This document shows, in pieces, positions 39,613-49,776 of a stretch of DNA of 64,000 bases. The translations under genes and the position numbers were made by a program. The first letter of the stretch is position 1. The number at the start of each line of letters is the position of its first letter. Origin of the DNA: Bdellovibrionota bacterium FG-1 (GTDB taxonomy: Bacteria > Bdellovibrionota > UBA1018); assembly GCA_051382295.1 (NCBI GenBank), contig JBBCAW010000005.1, forward strand, positions 1 through 64,000. Direction: 5' to 3'. A model generated the notes under the pieces. The model was given only the letters and a program-made list of their open reading frames with translations. It was not told the DNA's origin and did not search any database.

Positions 39613-41922
39613 ATGCCCTCCCTCAAATCCCATAACGAACTAGCCCCCGAACTTCGAACCCTCGTTAAGCGCTCCGTGGCACTTTTAGGAAATGTCATTC
39701 GAGAAGAACTGGGTTTGAAGGCCTATGGGCGGATTGAATCACTGAGAAAACAAATGACGGTGGTTCGAGGGTCCTCTCATGAGGTGGCCTATGCAGTCTT
39801 GAAACGCTCACTTGAGGACCTGCGAAAGCTTTCCATGCATCAACGCGAGGAAATCGCTCAGGCGTTTACCTTGATGCTCGAACTGATGAACGCCTGCGAA
39901 AGTTCCTATCGGACTTGGCGCCTGCGTTCAGGCTTAGCCGTTCATCTTGTGAAGCGACCCGATGCGATTATCTATGTTTTGACGGCCCATCCCACCGAGG
40001 CCCGATCGCCCGAGACGATTGCGTTGTTTCGGGAAATTCAGAACGCTTTGACCGAGTGGATCGACGATCCCAAGTCATTCGAAATCGAGAAACGAATCCT
40101 GAGTTTATTAAGAGTGGCTTGGAGGCTCTCGCCTTCACGGAGGCGTAAACCCACCGTGCGGGATGAGGCCGATGCCATTTATTCGATGGTGCTGCAAAGT
40201 GATACTTTGGGCGCGATCCTTCGGGCTAATCGCGAGATTGCTCCGGTTTTTCTTCGAACTTGGGTGGGTGGGGATAAGGATGGTCATCCGGGTGTCGATG
40301 AGGTTCAACTTCACCAGAGTTTACAGGCTTCGCGCACGGTCTTGCTTCAGCGGTTCGAGTCTGGGGCAAGTCGTCTATTCAAACTCGCAGAGCGCATGGG
40401 TGATCCCCAGTTGATGGGGGAGCTTAAACCCGTTCGGCAGGCCCTGAAAGGTTTGCGCGAACTCAAAAGAGGGGATGGCCGGCGAGTGGGGCGATTGCGC
40501 ACGGTACTTAAAGGGGTGACGGATTTTCATCCCCTGGCGGCGGAGCTCCGGCTACTCTTAAAAGTTTTTCCTGGCCTGGTCGTTCCGTTAGAACTTCGGG
40601 AGTCGTCGGATCTTCTCTGTCAAGCCGCGGAAGGCAAGCCTCTTGCGATTTCTCGAATGATGGTCAAAGTGCGCGTACTTTCGGAGGGCGGGGATCCGAA
40701 ATGGTATGCCCGAGGTTTGATTATCAGCATGGCCTCGAACATGGATCATGTGCGAGCCGCCGCAGCGGTCGTAAAAAAGCAATGGGGTAGCATTCGTCTG
40801 CCGATTATTCCGCTCTTTGAACAGAACGTGGCCCTTGAGTCAGCTCCCCAAATTGCGGGGCAAATGCTTGCGGATCGTGAACTTCGGGCGGCGGTTCATG
40901 AGTATTGGGGCGGTTATTTTGAAATCATGGTGGGGTATTCGGACTCGGCCAAAGAAACGGGTGTCCTTAAAAGCCGGCTCGAAATCGCCGCGGCGATTCA
41001 TAGTCTAGACCGAGTGTACCGAAAAGCCCAAAAAACAGGGACGTTTAAACCCGTATTTTTTCACGGCTCTGGCGGGAGTACGGACCGGGGGGGCGGCTCG
41101 ATTGAGGAGCAAACCGCCTGGTGGCCGGATAGTGCGTTGAGGATTTACAAAGCGACCATTCAAGGCGAGACGATCGAACGTTCGACGGCTAGTCCGGAGA
41201 TTACGCGGCGGCGTTTGGATCAAATTGCACAAAGGGTTGGGGCAGGGGGGGCTAGCGCTTATCAGGCGAGTGCGGTGCTCAGGCGTTTTGCCGACGCAAC
41301 TTCGATTTATTATCGCGTGATGATTGGCAATCCTGAATTTTTGAAAGTCGTGAGTTGCGCCACGATTTATCGGTACCTTTCCGATTTAAAGATGGGTTCA
41401 CGTCCCTCGAAACGAGGCCAGGTGCTTTCAGTTGGAGCGCTTCGTGCGATTCCGTGGGTGATGTGTTGGACTCAGACGCGCGCGCTCTTTCCGACCTGGT
41501 GGGGGGCGGGGAGCGCGTGGCGGTCCATGAGTGCTCGGGACCAGAAAGAGTTACGGAAGCAGTATGGCTTGGATCCACTTTTTTGCTCTTACGTCAAAGT
41601 CCTTGCCTCGACTTTGGCTAAGGTTGAATTGCCGATTTGGCAGCTTTATCTCGAAAACAGTGGTTTGGATGCGGAGCTCACGCGCAAAACAATCAGCGAT
41701 TTTCGGCGTGAGTTTCGGCTTGCGGTGACTTTTGTGCGCGCAATCACGGGGGAGCGGGATTTGTTGGGTTTTCGTCCGTGGCTGGGTACGAGTATTCGAT
41801 TAAGAGCGCCGATGATTCACCCTTTGAACCTCATTCAGGTTCTCTTATTGAGGGATCCTGATCCCGCCTTGCTTCGGTTGACCGTGACCGGAATTTCGAG
41901 TGGGATGATGACGACGGGGTGA
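39613..41922 (+). CDS. ppc: Phosphoenolpyruvate carboxylase (short, divergent)
   Basis: VLTAHPTE, WVGGDKDG, MVGYSDSAKE, LRAIPW, C-terminal GMMTTG. Confidence 0.9.
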   Translation: MPSLKSHNELAPELRTLVKRSVALLGNVIREELGLKAYGRIESLRKQMTVVRGSSHEVAYAVLKRSLEDLRKLSMHQREEIAQAFTLMLELMNACESSYRTWRLRSGLAVHLVKRPDAIIYVLTAHPTEARSPETIALFREIQNALTEWIDDPKSFEIEKRILSLLRVAWRLSPSRRRKPTVRDEADAIYSMVLQSDTLGAILRANREIAPVFLRTWVGGDKDGHPGVDEVQLHQSLQASRTVLLQRFESGASRLFKLAERMGDPQLMGELKPVRQALKGLRELKRGDGRRVGRLRTVLKGVTDFHPLAAELRLLLKVFPGLVVPLELRESSDLLCQAAEGKPLAISRMMVKVRVLSEGGDPKWYARGLIISMASNMDHVRAAAAVVKKQWGSIRLPIIPLFEQNVALESAPQIAGQMLADRELRAAVHEYWGGYFEIMVGYSDSAKETGVLKSRLEIAAAIHSLDRVYRKAQKTGTFKPVFFHGSGGSTDRGGGSIEEQTAWWPDSALRIYKATIQGETIERSTASPEITRRRLDQIAQRVGAGGASAYQASAVLRRFADATSIYYRVMIGNPEFLKVVSCATIYRYLSDLKMGSRPSKRGQVLSVGALRAIPWVMCWTQTRALFPTWWGAGSAWRSMSARDQKELRKQYGLDPLFCSYVKVLASTLAKVELPIWQLYLENSGLDAELTRKTISDFRREFRLAVTFVRAITGERDLLGFRPWLGTSIRLRAPMIHPLNLIQVLLLRDPDPALLRLTVTGISSGMMTTG

Positions 41923-41969
41923 ATGTGGATCGATTTGACTTCTCCGGATTTTCATGACTTTCTGATGGG

Positions 41970-42932
41970 ATGAAAACCCGCGTTCGTTTCCTGAGTTTTG
42001 TATTCGCACTGATTGCGGCAACCTCGGCGCAAGCCAACCTGATTTGGCCATCCTTGTCCCCGTCTTTAGCCTCTCCGCTGTTTCAGATTTTTGGGACGGA
42101 TGATTATCGAATCGGGGACCAGTGGGGTAAGCATGCGGTCACTCAAGCTGAAATAGATGTCGGTGGGGCTGTTTTTCGGCGAGTGGCGCTCGCGACCGCA
42201 AAATACGGAAGTGGTGGAACCGCCTTTTACCTGGGTAAATTTAACGGACTTCATGTGATGGCGACCAACTATCACGTCATGGAAGCTTTCGGTTGCGATG
42301 GGTCTCCAGTCAAATTTCCTTTTACGGGTAAGAATTTCACGTGCTCAAAACTTTTTGGGCTTTGGACCGATATTGATCTCTCACTCTTTGCGATTCCGGT
42401 CTCTGCCGGGGATGAAGCCACGCTTTTGGGCTTAGGCCGTAACTTTGACTTCGATGCCAAAATTTATCCGGGGCAGAAGCTCCTGACCCTTGGTTTTGGG
42501 ATCGCCGGAAACCCTGCGGGCAAGCTGATGGCAAATCAAGACGACGACTGCAAGGTGTTCTCGCAGGCCGATGATTATCGTTTCATGGGCGATCCGGACG
42601 AGTACAATCCCGGCCCCTATAAGGCCTGGTCGTTCGCTAACGGGTGTGATGTTTCGCACGGCGACTCGGGATCCTCGTTCGTTGACCGGGAGACTGGCCA
42701 GGTCGTGGGGATCGTCTGGACCGGCCGGGTGCCAAAATCTCCTGAAGTTCAAAGTTCGAAATACCTGGGAGAGATGCTGAAAGTTCAAAGTTCAAAAATC
42801 TGGACCGAATTGACCTACACGGTCCCTGCTCCGAAAATCCGTGAAAAGCTTAAAGAAATCATTGCCAACGGCTCCCTGGATGAGCTCAGTCGCAAAACCC
42901 TAGAAGCCGTGATCGGCAACCGGACGGAGTGA
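41970..42932 (+). CDS. Secreted trypsin-like serine protease
   Basis: Signal peptide, TNYHV, HGDSGS. Confidence 0.85.
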   Translation: MKTRVRFLSFVFALIAATSAQANLIWPSLSPSLASPLFQIFGTDDYRIGDQWGKHAVTQAEIDVGGAVFRRVALATAKYGSGGTAFYLGKFNGLHVMATNYHVMEAFGCDGSPVKFPFTGKNFTCSKLFGLWTDIDLSLFAIPVSAGDEATLLGLGRNFDFDAKIYPGQKLLTLGFGIAGNPAGKLMANQDDDCKVFSQADDYRFMGDPDEYNPGPYKAWSFANGCDVSHGDSGSSFVDRETGQVVGIVWTGRVPKSPEVQSSKYLGEMLKVQSSKIWTELTYTVPAPKIREKLKEIIANGSLDELSRKTLEAVIGNRTE

Positions 42933-42968
42933 GTCCAGAGCCTGCAGACTGTCTAAGGTAGGATGGAC

Positions 42969-43143
42969 TGTCTCATCTTTAGACAGGTTCGTAGTTTGAT
43001 TTCAGGGGTTGGCTTTTTTGGCTCTAGTGAGATCGGGTACTTTGCGCATTAAGTCCTGTAAAAGTTTCGGCATCGGCCTTGCTTTAGGGCGCTCGACTGA
43101 TCATGGAGTCAGTTTGACAAAATGGGATTGCGCATGATATGGT
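42969..43143 (+). promoter_or_regulatory. carD promoter region: UAS-like palindrome, sigma54 and sigma70 motifs
   Basis: TGTCTCATCTTTAGACA (42969), CGGCATCGGCCTTGCT (43068), TTGACA-N18-TATGGT (43114-43143). Confidence 0.55.
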
Positions 43144-43249
43144 CTCGCGCGGTCAAAATTTTGCGCTCAGGTCTGCGTCAAGTTTCGATTCAGGTTTGAA
43201 GCGGCTTTATATTTTTTCATCAGGGTTTTGTCCAGCATCGGAGGTTTTG

Positions 43250-43732
43250 ATGTTCAAAGTAGGCGATAACGCAGTTTATCCAGCTCACGGCGTGGCAGTC
43301 ATTAAGCGTATTGAAGAAAAGGAAGTAGGGGGAAAGAAGAAGAGATTTTATGTTCTTCAGGTCGTCGATAACCAAATGACGATTATGGTCCCTACGGATA
43401 ATGTGGCTTCTGTGGGACTACGCGAAATTATTTCTAATAAAGACGTTAAGACCGTCTACGATATTCTGAAAGAACGGAATGTCAAAATCGACCAGACCAC
43501 CTGGAACCGTCGTTACCGTGAATACATGGAAAAGATCAAGACGGGCTCGATTTTTGAAATCGCTGAAGTTTTGCGAAATCTTTTCTTACTCAGGCACAGT
43601 AAAGATCTCTCCTTTGGTGAACGTAAGATGTTGGATCAAGCCAAGCACTTGCTCGTCAAAGAGATTTCTTTGGCCAAAAACACTCAAGAAGATCAAATCG
43701 AACAGGAAATTCAGACTATTTTCGCGAGCTGA
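43250..43732 (+). CDS. carD: CarD/CdnL-family transcription factor
   Basis: FKVGDNAVYPAHGV, TWNRRYR, LSFGER. Confidence 0.93.
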   Translation: MFKVGDNAVYPAHGVAVIKRIEEKEVGGKKKRFYVLQVVDNQMTIMVPTDNVASVGLREIISNKDVKTVYDILKERNVKIDQTTWNRRYREYMEKIKTGSIFEIAEVLRNLFLLRHSKDLSFGERKMLDQAKHLLVKEISLAKNTQEDQIEQEIQTIFAS

Positions 43733-45246
43733 TGAACACTGTGATTCGTCCGATCAAACTGACCAACACGCTTACGGGAAAAAAGGAGCTATTTGAGCCC
43801 CGAGAACCTGGTAAGGTGAGTCTTTATTCATGCGGACCCACGGTCTACAACTATATCCATATCGGTAATCTGCGGGGTGGACTCGTAGCGGATTTGTTTT
43901 ACCGTTATTTTAAGCGGGTTGGGTACGACGTTAATTACGTACGTAATTACACCGATGTGGATGATAAAATCATCAAGCGGGCGAACGAAGAAGGGATTTC
44001 CGCCGAGGCGGTTTCGAAAAAATACATTCAGGAAGTCGAAAAGGATTACGCGGCTTCGGGGATGCTTGAACCTACCCATAAGCCGACAGTCACGGACCAT
44101 ATGGTTGAAATCATTGCGCTGATTGAGCGGCTGATTGCCAATGGTCATGCTTATGTGATCGAATCCGGCGAAGTCTTGTATTCGATCGAAAAATTTGATG
44201 GCTACGGTAAGCTTTCACATAAGCAGCCTGAGGATCTCGTGGCGGGGATGCGGGTGGATGTGAACGAAAAGAAGAAAAGCCCCCTTGATTTTGCACTGTG
44301 GAAACCTGCCAAGCCCGGCGAACCGGCTTGGGAAAGTCCGTGGGGTAAAGGGCGGCCGGGGTGGCATATTGAATGCTCGGCCATGTCGAGTCGTTGGATC
44401 GGTGATCAGATTGATGTGCACCATGGCGGCGAAGATTTGATTTTTCCGCATCATGAAAATGAAATCGCGCAAAGCGAGGGCGCGAGTGGCCATGCACCTT
44501 TTGTGCGCTATTGGTTACACCATGCTTTTCTAACCCTTTCTAAAACGAAGATGTCCAAGAGCTTGGGCAACGTTTTCACCGCGCGTGATTTTTTGATAAA
44601 ATTTTCGGGCGAGTTCGCACGTTTTCTTCTTTTGGGGGTCCATTATCGGTCGCCCATTGATTTTGACGATCATGTGGTCGAACAGACCATGACCGGGCTG
44701 CAGCGGATTTACGAGGCTAAAGCCAAAGCGCAGCAGGTGGCTAAACAGGTTCGGGCTCATGCAGATCTTCGGGCCGAAGGGGCTTGGGGCGCGTTTCTGG
44801 CCTCAAGCGAGAAAGCGCGCACAGAGATTGATGAATGCTACGCCAATGATTTCAATACTGCAGGAGCGCTGGCAGCGCTGTTTACACTGATCCGTGAGTT
44901 TAACCGGACCCTGGCAGAACCTCTCGGACAGGCCACTCCTGCGGCCGTTTTAGGCGCCACCGAACTTTTGCGGGTGATCGAAGATGATATTGGCGGCATG
45001 ATCGGTATCGGCCGGCAGGATCCGACGTACGCGCTTGAGGATTTGGCACGAATCAAGGCGGAACGTGCGACAGCCGGGGGAAGCACGCTTCCGACTGAAG
45101 CCGAAATTTTGCAGGGGATCGAAGATCGCAAAACTGCCCGCGCGTCTAAAGATTTTGCCAAGGCTGATCAAATTCGCAAGGATTTAGAGGCCCGCGGAGT
45201 ACTGCTGAAGGACGGACCCCAGGGGACGAGTTGGTCCTATAAATAG
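43732..45246 (+). CDS. cysS: Cysteine--tRNA ligase
   Basis: CGPTVY, HIGN, GRPGWHIECSAM, KMSKS. Confidence 0.97.
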   Translation: MNTVIRPIKLTNTLTGKKELFEPREPGKVSLYSCGPTVYNYIHIGNLRGGLVADLFYRYFKRVGYDVNYVRNYTDVDDKIIKRANEEGISAEAVSKKYIQEVEKDYAASGMLEPTHKPTVTDHMVEIIALIERLIANGHAYVIESGEVLYSIEKFDGYGKLSHKQPEDLVAGMRVDVNEKKKSPLDFALWKPAKPGEPAWESPWGKGRPGWHIECSAMSSRWIGDQIDVHHGGEDLIFPHHENEIAQSEGASGHAPFVRYWLHHAFLTLSKTKMSKSLGNVFTARDFLIKFSGEFARFLLLGVHYRSPIDFDDHVVEQTMTGLQRIYEAKAKAQQVAKQVRAHADLRAEGAWGAFLASSEKARTEIDECYANDFNTAGALAALFTLIREFNRTLAEPLGQATPAAVLGATELLRVIEDDIGGMIGIGRQDPTYALEDLARIKAERATAGGSTLPTEAEILQGIEDRKTARASKDFAKADQIRKDLEARGVLLKDGPQGTSWSYK

Positions 45247-45251
45247 CATGC

Positions 45252-45373
45252 AGCTAGTCAGCCATCAGCTAACAGCAATCAGCTTTTTAAACGCAATCAA
45301 AGACGTGTATTACTGCTAGACGGATGTAATTTTTCGTCTTAGCTGACGCCTGTTCGCTGATGGCTGATTAGCT
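45252..45373. repeat. Long inverted repeat of GCTGA-type heptamers between convergent cysS and rel
   Basis: AGCTAGTCAGCCATCAGCTAACAG vs CTGTTCGCTGATGGCTGATTAGCT. Confidence 0.7.
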
Positions 45374-45382
45374 ACCCTCGCT

Positions 45383-47572
45383 TTAAGAGCGTACCCGTTC
45401 GACCGAAATGACCCCTCGTTTGCTTTCCAGGGCGCTTTGAACTTTGTGTAACTGCGAGATATCGCTCACCTCGATATCAAAAAGCGCGATGGCTTTTTTG
45501 TCCTTAGTGGTGCGGATATTGGCTGATGAAATATTTACGCCGCACGCCGAGAGGGTCTGAGACATCAGGGCAAGCAAGCCGGGCTCATCCAAGGTGAGTA
45601 CTCGAATTCGAACGTGCCGCCGCATGACGCCTTTGTCGGGTTGGTTCCATTGCACGTCCACGCGGCGCTCTTGGTCGTTGTCGATCGCCTTGGTGCAAGT
45701 GACAGTGTGGACCGTGACCCCACGACCTCGGGTAATAAAACCAACAATGCTGTCGCCCGGAAGCGGAGAGCAGCATCGGCCGAAGCGGATGAGTATGTCA
45801 TCCAGATTGGCCACGGTAATCGCATTGCGGGTTTCGCTGCGTCGAGTGGCGGCCTTGAAAACCTTTTTGAGAAAACTCTCATCCTCGGCCTTGGCATCTT
45901 CTACGGTGTGCTCAAGCGCCTCTTTGGGTACTAAGTAAGGAATAACGTGTTCGGTTTGGGTGCGGCCATAACCAATTCGGATCGCCATCTCATCGACGGT
46001 CTTAAAACCCAGGGCCTGCGCGGCCTTGAGGAGCTCGCCTGATTTTTCGACTCGATTGACGGACATCGAATAGGGCTTGAGCGCCTTATCCAGAAGTTCA
46101 CGCCCGATTTCCATGGCTTTAAGACGCTCTTGGATTTTGATGTGAGCGCGAATTTTGGCCTTGGCGCGCGAACTGCGCACGATCTTGAGCCAGTCCTTGG
46201 AGGGTTCTTGCGTGGGTGAGGTGATGATCTCGACTGTATCTCCTGATTTGAGGCGGTGTTTGAGCTGGACGATCTTGCCGTTTACCTTGGCGCCGACGCA
46301 TTTGTGGCCAACGTCCGTGTGGACAGAATAGGCAAAGTCGAGTGGCGTGGCGCCGTGGGAAAGCTGCTTGACCTGTCCTTTGGGCGTGAACACGAAAACA
46401 TCTTCTGCAAAAAGGTCAATTTTAACGGTTTCTAAAAACTCGTTCGGGTCCGAAAGATCTTTGTGCCACTCCAGCAGGCGGTTAACCCATTCCACGTTTT
46501 CGTGCGAGTGAGAATCGAATTTGCCTTCTTTGTACTTCCAATGCGCGGCGATCCCCTTTTCTGCCACCTGGTCCATATCATTGGTGCGAATCTGGATTTC
46601 AATGCGCTCGCCTGAGGGACCAATCACGGTGGTGTGGAGCGATTGATAGCTATTGGCCTTGGGCATGGCGATGTAGTCTTTGAAACGCCCAGGAACGGGC
46701 TTGTAGGTGGCATGGATCACCCCCAAAGACTTGTAGCATTCGGTGATATTGTCCACGACGATTCGAAAAGCGATGAGATCGTAGATATCCTCGTAGTCCG
46801 TTTGACGACGCTCCATTTTTTTGAAAATAGAGTAGAAATGTTTGGCCCGTCCGCCAACCGTGGCCTTGATGTCGTATTCGCCCAGTTTTTCGAGGATAAT
46901 ATCACAAACCTCGTCAGTGTACTTGTCTCGCTCGATTTTCTTCTTGGTGACTTTTTGCGCCAAGCGATAGTAGACGTCCGGATGGAGGTAGCGGAGGCAA
47001 AGATCTTCTAGTTCTATCCTGAGCCAGCCAATACCCAGGCGATTAGCGATCGGGGCGTAGATTTCCAGGGTTTCCTGGGCGATCATTTTTTGCTTATAGG
47101 GAATTAAATGCTCGAGCGTCTGCATGTTGTTGAGGCGGTCAGCCAGCTTGACCAGGATGACCCGAATATCCTTGGCCATGGCGAGGATCATTTTTCTGAA
47201 GTTCTCGGCCTGTTTTTCTTCTGAGGTTTTGAACGTGATTTTTGAAAGCTTAGTGACGCCATCGACGAGTTCGGCGATGTGCTTGCCGAATTCCTCTTCG
47301 ATTTGCACCAGTGTCGTCGAGGTATCCTCGACGGTATCATGGAGTAGTCCGGCCGCGATGCTGGGGATATCCATCTTCAAATCCGCGAGGGTTTGAGCTA
47401 CTTCAGTGGGGTGGGTCATATAGGGATCGCCGCTGGAGCGCAGCTGGCCTTGGTGCGCGCGTTCGGCGACTTCATAGGCTTTGCGGACGAGGTCGAGTTT
47501 GGCATCGGGATAGTAGCTGGAGATTCTACTGCAAATGGATGCGATCGTGGCTTGGGGCTTTTTTTTGGCCAT
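45383..47572 (-). CDS. rel: Bifunctional (p)ppGpp synthetase/hydrolase
   Basis: LHDTVED, YQSLHT, EIQIRT, TGS, CC and ACT domains. Confidence 0.96.
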   Translation of the reverse strand: MAKKKPQATIASICSRISSYYPDAKLDLVRKAYEVAERAHQGQLRSSGDPYMTHPTEVAQTLADLKMDIPSIAAGLLHDTVEDTSTTLVQIEEEFGKHIAELVDGVTKLSKITFKTSEEKQAENFRKMILAMAKDIRVILVKLADRLNNMQTLEHLIPYKQKMIAQETLEIYAPIANRLGIGWLRIELEDLCLRYLHPDVYYRLAQKVTKKKIERDKYTDEVCDIILEKLGEYDIKATVGGRAKHFYSIFKKMERRQTDYEDIYDLIAFRIVVDNITECYKSLGVIHATYKPVPGRFKDYIAMPKANSYQSLHTTVIGPSGERIEIQIRTNDMDQVAEKGIAAHWKYKEGKFDSHSHENVEWVNRLLEWHKDLSDPNEFLETVKIDLFAEDVFVFTPKGQVKQLSHGATPLDFAYSVHTDVGHKCVGAKVNGKIVQLKHRLKSGDTVEIITSPTQEPSKDWLKIVRSSRAKAKIRAHIKIQERLKAMEIGRELLDKALKPYSMSVNRVEKSGELLKAAQALGFKTVDEMAIRIGYGRTQTEHVIPYLVPKEALEHTVEDAKAEDESFLKKVFKAATRRSETRNAITVANLDDILIRFGRCCSPLPGDSIVGFITRGRGVTVHTVTCTKAIDNDQERRVDVQWNQPDKGVMRRHVRIRVLTLDEPGLLALMSQTLSACGVNISSANIRTTKDKKAIALFDIEVSDISQLHKVQSALESKRGVISVERVRS

Positions 47573-48150
47573 TAGGCGAGGGCCTCCGCTCGCAGTTGTT
47601 GTGCGACGATGGCCTTGAGCTTCCGATAGGCGGTTTCGAGCTGGTCGTTCACGACCACTTGGTGAAATTCAGAAATGCGCTCCATTTCGGTTGCAGCATT
47701 GTGGATTCTTTTTTGAATAGTTTGTTCGCTGTCGGTCTTTCGGGCGCGCAGGCGGGCTTCGAGGATCTCAATGCTGGGCGGGGCGATAAAGACGGTAAAA
47801 CATTGCGTTGGGTAGGCCGTTCGCAGGCTCGCTGATCCTTGAACGTCGATGTCGAGCAGAACTGATTTTTCATGATGAAAGGCTTTTTCGATGACATCTT
47901 TGGAGGTGCCATAATAGTTGCCGTGAACTAAAGCCCATTCCGCAAATCTTCCCGCCCGGATTTGAGATTCGAATTCCTCTTTTGAAAGAAAAAAATACTC
48001 CCGGCCGTGAGTTTCTGCTCCGCGAGGTGGGCGAGTGGTGCACGAGATAGAAAGGACGAGTTCGGAAAAATCCTCAAGAAGACGCTGACACAGGGTCGTT
48101 TTTCCGGCACCTGAGGGGGCTGAGATGACGATGAGTTTACTTTGGCTCAT
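47572..48150 (-). CDS. gmk: Guanylate kinase
   Basis: APSGAGKTT, TTRPPR, NYYGT. Confidence 0.96.
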   Translation of the reverse strand: MSQSKLIVISAPSGAGKTTLCQRLLEDFSELVLSISCTTRPPRGAETHGREYFFLSKEEFESQIRAGRFAEWALVHGNYYGTSKDVIEKAFHHEKSVLLDIDVQGSASLRTAYPTQCFTVFIAPPSIEILEARLRARKTDSEQTIQKRIHNAATEMERISEFHQVVVNDQLETAYRKLKAIVAQQLRAEALA

Positions 48151-48194
48151 TCTAGGTCCTTTGCTTTGAGTCATCCGCCTATGATAGCCTAAAA

Positions 48195-49205
48195 TCAGCC
48201 CGACGTATCGGGTGCATGTGCGAGCGCCGCTTGACCCATTGCGCGAAATTTTTCAGTGCGGTCCATGATGAGTTTTTTCGGCGATTTTTTGGCGTTTGCT
48301 TTGGCTTGCTTGATGAGAGGGTTTAAATGCTGAGCGATGCCCTCTTTTAAAAGACTGGCCGCCAAATTCCAGTCGCGATGAGCGCCTCCTTGGGGTTCGG
48401 GTAAGATGGCATCAATGACTCCGAGTTTCAGGAGGTCGGTGGGGTTCATTTTGAGACGGTCGGTAGCACGTTCAGCCAGGCTCGAGTCGCTCCATAAAAT
48501 GGCGGCGCAGCTTTCAGGGGAGATGACGGCGTAAGTGCTGTATTCTTGCATTAACACGCGGTTGCCGACCCCGATGGCGAGGGCTCCGCCCGAGCCCCCC
48601 TCTCCAATGACGACGGAAATAATCGGCACATTCAACCCCGCCATGAGGCGAAGGCACTCGGCAATGGCTTGGGATTGGCCTCGCTCCTCAGCTTCAATCC
48701 CAGGATAGGCGCCCGGAGTGTCCATCAGGGTAATCATCGGCATTTTGAATCGTTCGGCCATTTGCATGAGCCGCATGGCTTTGCGATACCCTTCGGGTCT
48801 GGCCATCCCGAAGTTGCGTTCTATTTTTTGTTTGGTGGTTCGGCCTTTTTGGTGCCCCAAAATCATGACCGTGATGTCACCTTTGTCAGTTTTCCAGGTG
48901 GCAGTACCTCCCAAAATCGCCTGGTCATCCCCAAAAGTTCTATCCCCTTGAAGTTCAAGAAAGTCGGGAAAAAGTAGGTCGATATAGTCTCTCGTGTAGG
49001 GGCGGGCGGGATGACGGGAGAGTTGCACGCGTTGCCATGGGGAAAGGTGGGCGTAAGTCTCGTCGATGAGAGTTTCAAGTTTCTTATTTAAGATATTGAT
49101 TTCATTGCTGAAATCTACACCCTCTTGTTTGGCCAATGCGCGTAGGTCCTGAAGTTTTTTTTCTAGGGCGACAATAGGTTTTTCAAATTCAAAAAAAGCT
49201 TCCAT
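48195..49205 (-). CDS. accA: Acetyl-CoA carboxylase carboxyltransferase alpha
   Basis: FEFEKPI, PEGYRKA, DTPGAYPG, GEGGSGGA. Confidence 0.97.
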   Translation of the reverse strand: MEAFFEFEKPIVALEKKLQDLRALAKQEGVDFSNEINILNKKLETLIDETYAHLSPWQRVQLSRHPARPYTRDYIDLLFPDFLELQGDRTFGDDQAILGGTATWKTDKGDITVMILGHQKGRTTKQKIERNFGMARPEGYRKAMRLMQMAERFKMPMITLMDTPGAYPGIEAEERGQSQAIAECLRLMAGLNVPIISVVIGEGGSGGALAIGVGNRVLMQEYSTYAVISPESCAAILWSDSSLAERATDRLKMNPTDLLKLGVIDAILPEPQGGAHRDWNLAASLLKEGIAQHLNPLIKQAKANAKKSPKKLIMDRTEKFRAMGQAALAHAPDTSG

Positions 49206-49246
49206 GTCCGGGTATTAACATCGATTTTCGGCAAAGGCTCGCGGTT

Positions 49247-49702
49247 TTAGTGGGGGGTCTGCCAACCGGCGACATGACCGCCTTCAAAAAATACGACGCG
49301 ACGTCCGCCCAGTCCCCAGCGGCTAGAGAGGCCCGAAAAATAAGTCCAACGTTGGTTTCCTTCGCGGGAATCCCCGGCGGATTCCACTTGGCTAGGCTGA
49401 CCCCAAAGGGCCATCACTTGGTTCATGGGCATGCCCAACACAAGATGTTCAGCGTAAGTGGTTTGGGCGCGGGCTTCGTCGCCGGTTTCATCGTCGCCAA
49501 AAAGGTCGCCCGATTGGGTCGTAGATTCGGTAGCAGCGGGCCGCGAGTCGGAAGCTGGATTTCGAAAACGAGCGGCAGCCGCAGCGACGGGGTCGGCCCG
49601 TGGGTCGTCCGAATTATCTTTGAGCCCCAAGGCTGCGCATCCGGTGAGGGTGAGAAATAGGGACGAAATGGAAATCCATCGAAAGAGGTGAAACTTCTTC
49701 AT
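49247..49702 (-). CDS. Lipoprotein with SmpA/BamE-like C-terminus
   Basis: Lipobox LTGC; GMPMNQV..LWGQP. Confidence 0.7.
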   Translation of the reverse strand: MKKFHLFRWISISSLFLTLTGCAALGLKDNSDDPRADPVAAAAARFRNPASDSRPAATESTTQSGDLFGDDETGDEARAQTTYAEHLVLGMPMNQVMALWGQPSQVESAGDSREGNQRWTYFSGLSSRWGLGGRRVVFFEGGHVAGWQTPH

Positions 49703-49723
49703 ACGGCCTCCATGCCTATAGGG

Positions 49724-49750
49724 GTATCGGCAGGGGGCTGGGGAACTTGA
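49724..49750 (-). promoter_or_regulatory. Putative sigma28 (FliA) promoter
   Basis: TCAAG-N14-GCCGATAC upstream of the lipoprotein gene. Confidence 0.55.
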
Positions 49751-49776
49751 AGACAGAGTTTTGACGGATTAAGATG

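Noticed and set aside
49736..49747. 12-bp match to the tRNA-Gln 3' end as attR
   Set aside because: Inverted orientation, short, and among housekeeping genes; likely chance
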